Shown: positions 52,752 to 60,029 of the stretch, piece after piece | Position numbering within the stretch: the first letter of the stretch is position 1 | How the letters are laid out: each line of letters opens with the position of its first letter | Source: Lysobacterales bacterium | GTDB lineage: Bacteria > Pseudomonadota > Gammaproteobacteria > Xanthomonadales > SZUA-5 | Direction of reading: 5' to 3' | Assembly (NCBI GenBank): GCA_022844165.1 | Contig: JALHMH010000019.1 | Span: 1-64,000 of the forward strand | DNA: 64,000 nucleotides | Made by a program: the position numbers and the translations under genes | The notes under the pieces: model-generated | Database searches by the model: none | What the model saw: the letters and a program-made list of their open reading frames with translations, nothing else | Told to the model about the DNA's origin: nothing

Positions 52752-53444
52752 TCAAACCAGCCGCAGGTGGCCGGCCGACACAGTCAATGTGTCTTCGTGG
52801 TTCTTGACGAGCAGGCGTCCCAGGCCGTCCACACCTTGCGCCGTTCCTTGAAAACGATCGTCCACTCGCACCGTGCGACCAAAGAGCGCATCGCGTGCAG
52901 GCCAAAGGTTGGCAAAAGGCGCAAAGCCGCCAAGATCGAACAGCGGCAGGGCAGCTTCCAGGGCACGCAACACGTCGGTCAATGCGGCGTCGCGGTCTGT
53001 TGAGGCGACAACGTCTAATCCGCTGGCTGGTTGATCGATGCCGGTTGGCGTCTTGAGATTAATCCCGAAACCGATCAGTGCGGTCGCAGGGCTGCCGATC
53101 AGTTCGATCAGAACGCCACCGAGTTTCTGATCATGGATGACGAGATCGTTTGGCCACTTGACCAATACGCTCGGGTGCAAAGCCGTCGCTAACGTCATTC
53201 CAACGACGAGCGAAAGACCGCTCATTTGTCCGGCCGTGCGCGTGAACGGCCAGATCAACGTGCAGGCGATTGACCCGGCAGGAATCGTGTGCCATGTGCG
53301 GCCATGCGTGCCGCGCCCCGCGGTCTGGCGATCGGTCACGATGGCGCGAGGTTCTCTGCCGTGCGTTTGCAAACGTGCATGGGCTAAGGTCTGTGTGGAA
53401 TCCACTTCATCGAATCGCTCGATGATCACAGGAATGTGCTCCAT
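52752..53444 (-). CDS. birA: Biotin-protein ligase (no HTH domain)
   Basis: DSTQ, QTAGRGTHGRTW, VKWPND, KLGGVLIE. Confidence 0.9.
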   Translation of the reverse strand: MEHIPVIIERFDEVDSTQTLAHARLQTHGREPRAIVTDRQTAGRGTHGRTWHTIPAGSIACTLIWPFTRTAGQMSGLSLVVGMTLATALHPSVLVKWPNDLVIHDQKLGGVLIELIGSPATALIGFGINLKTPTGIDQPASGLDVVASTDRDAALTDVLRALEAALPLFDLGGFAPFANLWPARDALFGRTVRVDDRFQGTAQGVDGLGRLLVKNHEDTLTVSAGHLRLV

Positions 53445-53545
53445 CTTGAACACGCAAAAGACGCAAGGTGGCCATCCAGGCCGTGTCGTACTCGCGAAAG
53501 TAATTCTTGGATCGACTTAGCGAACGCGGCTCTCGGTCGCCTGGA

Positions 53546-54178
53546 TCATCGCCAAAACAAGCGACCGATGACGCGTACGCGCTCAAAGCGATTCTCGTTG
53601 CCGTTGACAACTCGTACGATATTGCTGCGGTGTGTGTAGGTCAGAAGCAGGGCGGCGCTGATCGCAAGTGCCAGCAGCGTCGCGCTGTCGCCGGCAAGAA
53701 AAACCAATAGCGGAAAACAGAGCCCGGCAATGACGGTCGCCAATCCAACATAGCCAGAACTCATCAAGACCAAAACCCATATGGCCAACATGGCGAGAGC
53801 CAGCCAGGGCATGATCAGCGTAATGCCACCGATCAAAGTGCCGGCACCTTTGCCGCCGCGAAAGCCGTGGAAAACCGGATAACAGTGGCCGACCGCGGCC
53901 ATGAATGCGCAAGCCAGCGCAATCTCTGCGGGCGCCATCATTGGGGTGCCCAGCGGAAGTTGCGCGATCAGGCCTGCGGCAATCAGTCCTTTGCCCACAT
54001 CGATCGCCATCGTGCCCAGCGCAAATGCCTTGCCTTGTGTTCGCAGGGCGTTGGTGGCCCCAGCATTACCACTGCCAGCAGTGCGGATATCAACCCCTCT
54101 GAGTTTGCCGATCACCAGACTGCCGACGATGCTGCCGAGCAGGTACGACAGCAACAATTTTGCGAGCAAATCGATCAC
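53546..54178 (-). CDS. plsY: Acyl-phosphate:glycerol-3-phosphate acyltransferase
   Basis: SYLLGS, DIRTAGSGNAGATN, GHCYPVFHGFRGGKG, HRSNIVR. Confidence 0.93.
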   Translation of the reverse strand: MIDLLAKLLLSYLLGSIVGSLVIGKLRGVDIRTAGSGNAGATNALRTQGKAFALGTMAIDVGKGLIAAGLIAQLPLGTPMMAPAEIALACAFMAAVGHCYPVFHGFRGGKGAGTLIGGITLIMPWLALAMLAIWVLVLMSSGYVGLATVIAGLCFPLLVFLAGDSATLLALAISAALLLTYTHRSNIVRVVNGNENRFERVRVIGRLFWR

Positions 54179-55995
54179 ATTCGTTGTAATCCGACCACCA
54201 GCGATCCTGGGCCAGCGTGCACGCCAATCGCTGGCCCAGTTTCGACGACCCATAATTTTGTCAGGCCTGGCAAGCGTTCACGCAGCGCGCCGGCGAGCGC
54301 CGCGGCATCATTGCTGGCGTCGCAATGGCCAACGGTGGCGCGACAGGCGCAGCCCGGCGGGTTTTGGCGCGCAACAATGTCGGCAAAGCGTTCCACCAGA
54401 TTCTTGGTTCCCATCAGCGCACGAAAGGGCTTGACGAAACCGTTTTTGTTGGCGATCAGCACGGTCAATCCGAACCAGTCGGCAATACGTTTGGCCAGGG
54501 GCGGTAACCTGCCGCCGCGGACGCCGAAACTCAGATCACGGATCAGTGCGAAAGTTCGCGTATCGGCCATCGCGCGCTCGACGACGCGTCGGACGCCGCT
54601 TTCGTCGGCGCCGATCAATGCAGCTTCCGCCGCGGCGATTGCGATCAGCCCTTGGCCTGCAGATGCGTTGCGTGTGTCGATGACGTGGATGCGCGCCTTG
54701 GAAGTTTCGCGCGCGGCCGCGAGCGCCGCTTGGAATGTCCCAGAAAGTCGACTCGATAGCGATACCGAGACAATGTGTTCGGCGTGCGCCAGTACCAGAT
54801 CATAGCTACGGCGAAAATCGCCCGGCGGCGGCTGAGATGTCCGAACCTTGTCTGCGCTTTGGCGCAGGCGCTGATACAACTCGCGAGGGCTCATCGTAAC
54901 GCGATCGAGGAAATCGTCGTTACCGATGTTGATGCGCACGGGCACCACCGTGATGCCCAGGCGCTCGGCTTCCGAGGAGGGCACGTCACCGGCAGAGTCC
55001 ACGACGATTCGCACCTTCTGCGTGGGTGCGGCTCGGAGTCTCGATTGGGCTTGCATGTCGTCAGCTTTGCGTTGCGTGACTTCGCCGAGTTCCCCGAGCG
55101 CGGCGAACAGCGCGTTGGGCTGATCAATATGCGCATGCACGCGAACGCGATCGCGACCACCGGCGACGACCATTGAATCCAGGGGTAGCGATGCCAGTGT
55201 GGCGCGAACTCGCTCCGGCGTGAGGGATGTTCCCCCAACCATGCACTCGGTGCAGTATCGATACTGGCTGGCCGCTTCTACCGATTCGAGGTGAACAGAG
55301 GCATGCCCCTCTGCGAAGTCGCGCAAATCATCGTCCAGGCGCAGGGCACTTCGTCCGTGCTGGATGAAGTCCTCGACGCCCTCGAGAAAATCGACGAAAC
55401 CGGCCGCACCGGCGTCGACCACGCCTGCAGCGCGCAGAACCGGCAGCTGATTGGGCGTATTGGCCAAAGATTGGCGGGCGCGACCAAGGCTGGATCGAAA
55501 CATGGCGGTGATATCGCGCACGCCGGCTTCGGATTGCGACCGAAGTTCCGCTGCAAAATCGGTCATCACACTGAGCATCGTTCCTTCGCGAGGATCGGCG
55601 ATGCAGCGCCGAGCCGATGCGGCCGCTTCGTTCGCAGCGCGCGCAATTTGCGTCGCACTCACATGAGTGCTGGCTACGCTCTCTGACAGACCTTGAAAAA
55701 ACTGCGCCAAGATGGCGCCGGAGTTGCCGCGTGCGCCGTCAACAGCTTCTCTGGCAACGTGTTTCAAAACGGTCTCGACATTACCGCCACGTAATCTTTT
55801 CACAACCGAGAGAACCGATTGCATCGTGAACGCAAGGTTGGTGCCGGTATCGCCATCGGGAACCGGGAAGACATTGATGCGGTTCAGATGTTCTCGACGC
55901 TTCAACACGCGAGCTGCGCCAGCAATCAAGGCGCCTTTGAGCCGCGCACCGTTGAGCTGATCAAGATTGGCAGGAGAGAGGACTAAACTGGACAT
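54175..55995 (-). CDS. DAK2 (FakA-like) - DegV (FakB-like) fusion protein
   Basis: INVFPVPDGDTGTN, GARGNSG, VDAGA, YCTE. DegV motifs TSQP, LSSRLSGT, RGGRL, IGVHAGPG. Confidence 0.88.
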   Translation of the reverse strand: MSSLVLSPANLDQLNGARLKGALIAGAARVLKRREHLNRINVFPVPDGDTGTNLAFTMQSVLSVVKRLRGGNVETVLKHVAREAVDGARGNSGAILAQFFQGLSESVASTHVSATQIARAANEAAASARRCIADPREGTMLSVMTDFAAELRSQSEAGVRDITAMFRSSLGRARQSLANTPNQLPVLRAAGVVDAGAAGFVDFLEGVEDFIQHGRSALRLDDDLRDFAEGHASVHLESVEAASQYRYCTECMVGGTSLTPERVRATLASLPLDSMVVAGGRDRVRVHAHIDQPNALFAALGELGEVTQRKADDMQAQSRLRAAPTQKVRIVVDSAGDVPSSEAERLGITVVPVRINIGNDDFLDRVTMSPRELYQRLRQSADKVRTSQPPPGDFRRSYDLVLAHAEHIVSVSLSSRLSGTFQAALAAARETSKARIHVIDTRNASAGQGLIAIAAAEAALIGADESGVRRVVERAMADTRTFALIRDLSFGVRGGRLPPLAKRIADWFGLTVLIANKNGFVKPFRALMGTKNLVERFADIVARQNPPGCACRATVGHCDASNDAAALAGALRERLPGLTKLWVVETGPAIGVHAGPGSLVVGLQRM

Positions 55996-56258
55996 GCGAA
56001 CGGAGCATAGTCAACAGCGGCGCCGTTTGGTTGTTGCGCTGCAGCGAAATGCCAGGCGTGGCGTTGTCTGGCGTACGTTGAGGCGGGAATGCATGTCGCC
56101 ATGTTTGTCATGCGCCCGGTGGCGAAACCTCAATTGAGTGTCCGTCTGCGGACAGGGCCGGACACAAGCGGACGATGCCTGGCTCGCAATAGCGCGTCTT
56201 CACGTCGGCTGGCAGTGCGATCGCTAGTCTCTGGACGTCGGGTGTGCGATCGTGTTGA

Positions 56259-56273
56259 TGGCATGGAACATGC
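56259..56273 (+). promoter_or_regulatory. Candidate sigma-54 (-24/-12) promoter
   Basis: TGGCATG-GAAC-ATGC with GG-N10-GC spacing, 25 bp upstream of the small ORF. Confidence 0.45.
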
Positions 56274-56297
56274 GTATCGTCAGTCAGGACTTGCCGG

Positions 56298-56498
56298 ATG
56301 AATAGGGTCATGAGAACGAAAAAGCGAGTGGCTTGGGCCTGCCTCGGCCTGTTAGCGGGTTTCGGGATTCTGGGATTGGCGCAACCAGAATCGTCGGAAG
56401 TCTCGATTGTGCCGTCCGTCGAGTTTGAGTTGCACGCTGGCGACGGCGAACCATTCGTATCGGGTTGGGATGGGTTGCTGCCGGGTTCACTCAAGTGA
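56298..56498 (+). CDS. Small putative secreted peptide
   Basis: Basic N-terminus plus hydrophobic stretch (RTKKRVAWACLGLLAGFGILGLA), acidic mature part. Convergent with, and overlapping the end of, the B1 gene. Confidence 0.45.
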   Translation: MNRVMRTKKRVAWACLGLLAGFGILGLAQPESSEVSIVPSVEFELHAGDGEPFVSGWDGLLPGSLK

Positions 56499-56747
56499 TT
56501 CGATGAGGTCGGCTTTCTGCAGGTCTGCCATCAGGCGGTTGAAGTCTTCGCTCACCACGGATGGTTCGGCTTCGTATCGATCCAGCACGGCGGCGATAGC
56601 CGCTTGTGCGCTGCCACCGGCCAGCAAAGATTGCAGCATCAATGTGCCTGTGGCATTGAGATCGAAGTAGGTCCCTTTGCCCACGTCCAGCAGTACGGTC
56701 TCTCCCGAGATCACTTGGCAAACGACACCCGATTTGAGTTTGATCAT
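56487..56747 (-). CDS. PqqD-family RiPP recognition element (lasso B1)
   Basis: GETVLLD...YFDLNATG..L, RYEAE...D...L..L. Confidence 0.9.
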   Translation of the reverse strand: MIKLKSGVVCQVISGETVLLDVGKGTYFDLNATGTLMLQSLLAGGSAQAAIAAVLDRYEAEPSVVSEDFNRLMADLQKADLIESLE

Positions 56748-57124
56748 TGCGAACTCGTGGCGAAGGGAACTTTTGTCAGTATCGCCAATCGCGCCAGGCG
56801 TTCGCCAGATTCATCCAACGCTTCACCACTGGCGACAACCCAGGCGTGGGCCATCAATTGGCCAGAATCGCGTTCCGCCCCAAGGACCAGTTCACACGCA
56901 ACACCACTTTCGCGAAGCAGAGATGCCAGTACCAATGACTGGTGCAAGCAACGGCTGCCCGGCCAGAATCGGCCGATTCGATGCACCCGTCGCGCCAATC
57001 GTACCGGATCGAGCCGAGAATGTCGGCGTGGTCTTTCTTTCAGCGCAATGCAAGCCGCATCGAAACCCTTGGATCGCAACAGGCGATCGACAGCAAACAT
57101 GCACCAGAGCACTTTGGCGTTCAT
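56744..57124 (-). CDS. Lasso peptide leader peptidase (B2, transglutaminase-like)
   Basis: CLHQSLVL (catalytic Cys), LVLG, AHAWV. ATGA overlaps at both ends. Confidence 0.9.
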   Translation of the reverse strand: MNAKVLWCMFAVDRLLRSKGFDAACIALKERPRRHSRLDPVRLARRVHRIGRFWPGSRCLHQSLVLASLLRESGVACELVLGAERDSGQLMAHAWVVASGEALDESGERLARLAILTKVPFATSSQ

Positions 57125-57864
57125 GCCAAAGCCGAGAGAACCGATGCCGCAGCAGCCGTAGGGTCGTCGGGCATGTGCGGCGCAACGATGTTCAGGGCAG
57201 CAATCGAATTGGACTCGACCGCAGCGGCAACACCTGCGGCCAACGCCAGATGCGCCGCTAACGCCCGTGGCGAATACAGTCGCGAGGCAAGCGAATGTTG
57301 CAGTATCCAGCGACATACTTGACTCGGTGCGGCTGGTTCACAACTCAAAGCACTGCCGCGGGTCAGGAGCGCCAGGCGTCTGATCGGCAAGCTCGGGCCA
57401 CGGTACTGCTCCTCTTCCGACAACTTGAGCTGCCGAAACTGAGGGTGGGCCTCGATCAGCTCAGCGCGCATTGCGACCGGCAGAACGTCATCGGCGATTC
57501 GCGCGCCCTCATTGGCCGCAAGGCGCGCGACTGTGGACTTACCAGCCCCGGATTCGCCGAGAATGGCACAGACGCCAAAATCGCAGGCAATCGCCGAGGC
57601 ATGCAGGGCGAATACGGAGCGTTCTGCAAGCCACATCATGCTCGCCGGTCCAAGCAGCACCTCGTCCCAACGATCGTCGTCATCGCAGCGTCGAGCGACT
57701 TCGATGCCCAAAGGTGTCACCGACAAAGCGCCGAATGCGCCGAGATCCAGGAATGCCGTCTCGCCATCCCACCGAAGTCGCCCGCTGACGGGTGTGTCGC
57801 GCAAAAGGCCTTCGACGCGCTGACAGGGGGAAACGTCGAATGCCTCGCGCGTGGACAGCTGCAA
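57121..57864 (-). CDS. HPr-kinase-like RiPP kinase (start uncertain)
   Basis: LHASA, Walker A GESGAGKST, IADDV. Confidence 0.85.
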   Translation of the reverse strand: MQLSTREAFDVSPCQRVEGLLRDTPVSGRLRWDGETAFLDLGAFGALSVTPLGIEVARRCDDDDRWDEVLLGPASMMWLAERSVFALHASAIACDFGVCAILGESGAGKSTVARLAANEGARIADDVLPVAMRAELIEAHPQFRQLKLSEEEQYRGPSLPIRRLALLTRGSALSCEPAAPSQVCRWILQHSLASRLYSPRALAAHLALAAGVAAAVESNSIAALNIVAPHMPDDPTAAAASVLSALA

Positions 57865-58054
57865 TTGAAACGAACAGGCGGGGAGGTAGCTCAGCGTGAC
57901 CAGAGTCCTTGACGGAGTGGAATCGGGACAGATGACTCAAATTTCGACGAAGCAGCTTCGGCTCTTCAAGCTCTCTTGCATCAAGAGAGGGCGCCGCGTT
58001 CGGCGGGGCTTCGGCATGTACACTGCCGAGCGAAGCCAACCGTGTTTGTCAGTC

Positions 58055-58069
58055 CGAGGCGAAGCCTCG
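58055..58069 (-). terminator. Stem-loop just after the precursor stop codon
   Basis: CGAGGC-TTC-GCCTCG, 8 nt past the stop. A second inverted repeat, CTCTCTTG/CAAGAGAG, lies at 57971-57989. Confidence 0.5.
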
Positions 58070-58077
58070 CTGGAGTT

Positions 58078-58248
58078 CTACCGACGTTGCGTCCGTGGGC
58101 TGCCCGAATCACCGGTTCCCAAAGAGCCGCCGAGTGTTAAGTCGCGAATGTCGCCCAGCACGCGCAGTTCTGGCGCGACGTAAGCAGCGCGATGCACCGG
58201 CACTTGCTGCGCGGAGCCTTGCGATTGACAAAAGTCGTTGAGGGTCAT
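58078..58248 (-). CDS. Lasso peptide precursor (56 aa)
   Basis: GAAGG RBS. Leader YVAPEL..LG...LT, Thr at -2, core GGSLGTGDSGSPRTQRR with Gly1 and Asp8. Confidence 0.9.
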   Translation of the reverse strand: MTLNDFCQSQGSAQQVPVHRAAYVAPELRVLGDIRDLTLGGSLGTGDSGSPRTQRR

Positions 58249-58282
58249 GCTGCGCCTTCGAATAACCGGATTCCCAATCTTC

Positions 58283-58311
58283 ATGTTAGTGATAGTCGGT
58301 TGACGATGCAA
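58283..58311 (-). promoter_or_regulatory. Candidate internal sigma-70 promoter for the precursor
   Basis: TTGCAT-17 bp-TAACAT in the AT-richer gap between cyclase and precursor. Confidence 0.4.
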
Positions 58312-58354
58312 GCGCGGTACTTCTCGATATTCACTTGAAAAGCAACGATTTGCG

Positions 58355-60028
58355 CTATTTGATTCGTGTCGCCTGCCAAAGGCCGAAAGCGCTCAACAAC
58401 CAAATCAGCAGCAATCCGTCGTCTTCGTCCAGTGAAAATGCTCCATCCACGGTCTCCGGGTCGATGAAAGCCTCCCATTGCTGGCGACCGCAGTTGACCA
58501 GTTCGCGCACCGAGGGCATGGACTTTTGCAGGGCGTCGCGCAGATAAGGTGTCAGGTCCGCTGACTTTGGACGAACCCGCCATGTGTCCGGCAACGCATT
58601 TCGGCACGCTTCGCGCTGCAGCCATTTGTCTACACCGTAACGCCAGGTTTTATCCGTCGGCAAGCTCAGCATAAGCTGCACCAATGGCCAGTGACGGTAG
58701 GGTTGTCTGACTTCGATCCCGAATCGATCGGCGAAATAGCACTCGGCGGCATCGCCTGCGGCGTAGGCTCCGAGCGCCTGTGCGGCCTGGTCAGGGCGTG
58801 GCCAGCCGGCGAATTGTTCGAGTATTGCCGATCGAGCCTTTTCGCGTTCTTGCCGCAATTCTGGGCGCAGCCAGTCGATACGGTGGTGAGCCTTCCAGTT
58901 GAGCTGTCGGCGCACGAATCCACGCCAGCCGCGATCGCGCCACAGCATCCCAGGTCCTTGCGCAATAAAGTACCGGATGGTTGCGCCAATTTCTCGCCAG
59001 CGGCGTCCGCGCAGCGCATCGTCGAGCCAGTAATAGTGGCCCGCATTGAGGTGGTCCGCAAAATTGCCGTTCAAAACGACATCGACGCCCTGTTCGCGCC
59101 AAAGCGCGTAGGCCTGCGTCTTGATTTCGCGATAAGGCGTGGCGCTGGGTTCGTCAGGGTGCGCCTCGCGCGCAGAACCGCCGAGCGGCGAGAATGCGTT
59201 GGCGTCGATCTGGATGCTCTGAAGGTTGAACTGCGATGCCAACGCGCTCGCCCATGGCCGTTCGTCGCTGTCTGGAAACCGCGAAGAACCGTAGGTGAGT
59301 GCACAGACATCGACATCTCTCAGCAAGGGCACCAGCGCACTCGAATCCAGGCCACCACTGAGACTTAACCCGACGCGTTTTGTCCCCTGACATGCCTCAT
59401 TGATCGCCGCACGAAACGCCGCGCGATAGCGCTCGATCGTTTCGGCATCGCTCCAGCGGAAAGCGCCGTCGATCGCTGTAGATGTCGCCCATGTGGTCGA
59501 TTCGCCATGCGCCGTCAGTGCGAGGCTCGATCCCGCCGGAACCAGGCGCACGCCACAAAACACGCTGGCATGCGCTTCAGGGATCTGCGCCGAAAAGAAG
59601 TCGGCCAGATATGCTGGGCTCAAGCTGCTGTCGACGTCGGGGTGTTCGGCGAGGATGGCGTCGCCCGAGGCGACCAGCATGCCACCGGACAGTCGCGCGA
59701 AACATAGTGGCCTTTGACCCAGGCGATCGCGACTGAGTTGAATCGAATTGGGTTCGATCAGCGCCAGTGCAGCCGCGCGATCGGGCGAGCGATCGAAGAC
59801 TTGGAAGGGCTGCTCGCAATCCTGAAGCAGCCAGCGGTCGGCATCCAGCCGCACCAGCGGCGGATGCGAGTTCAATCGAGTTTGGATCGCCAGTATGTAT
59901 CGACCTGGCGCTGTCAGCTCAAAAGTCTTGCCAGCGGCACGCGCCAATGCCTGCGACCTGAGCCTGCCAAGAATCGCCGGGTCGATTTCGCGGCCCGCGA
60001 AATCGACCCAGGCGAAAAGTACCGCCAT
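58355..60028 (-). CDS. Lasso cyclase (asparagine synthetase-like, C protein)
   Basis: RDRLGQRPL, PP-loop SLSGGLDSS, DER, VRQPY, KWLQR...RPK. Lacks the N-terminal Cys of true AsnB. Confidence 0.88.
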   Translation of the reverse strand: MAVLFAWVDFAGREIDPAILGRLRSQALARAAGKTFELTAPGRYILAIQTRLNSHPPLVRLDADRWLLQDCEQPFQVFDRSPDRAAALALIEPNSIQLSRDRLGQRPLCFARLSGGMLVASGDAILAEHPDVDSSLSPAYLADFFSAQIPEAHASVFCGVRLVPAGSSLALTAHGESTTWATSTAIDGAFRWSDAETIERYRAAFRAAINEACQGTKRVGLSLSGGLDSSALVPLLRDVDVCALTYGSSRFPDSDERPWASALASQFNLQSIQIDANAFSPLGGSAREAHPDEPSATPYREIKTQAYALWREQGVDVVLNGNFADHLNAGHYYWLDDALRGRRWREIGATIRYFIAQGPGMLWRDRGWRGFVRRQLNWKAHHRIDWLRPELRQEREKARSAILEQFAGWPRPDQAAQALGAYAAGDAAECYFADRFGIEVRQPYRHWPLVQLMLSLPTDKTWRYGVDKWLQREACRNALPDTWRVRPKSADLTPYLRDALQKSMPSVRELVNCGRQQWEAFIDPETVDGAFSLDEDDGLLLIWLLSAFGLWQATRIK

Positions 60029-60029
60029 A

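Noticed and set aside
56487-56747. PQQ biosynthesis gene pqqD
   Set aside because: No pqqA/B/C/E genes are nearby. The context indicates a lasso RiPP recognition element.
58355-60028. Annotation as a housekeeping asparagine synthetase
   Set aside because: It lacks the N-terminal catalytic Cys and sits beside a lasso precursor, B1 and B2.
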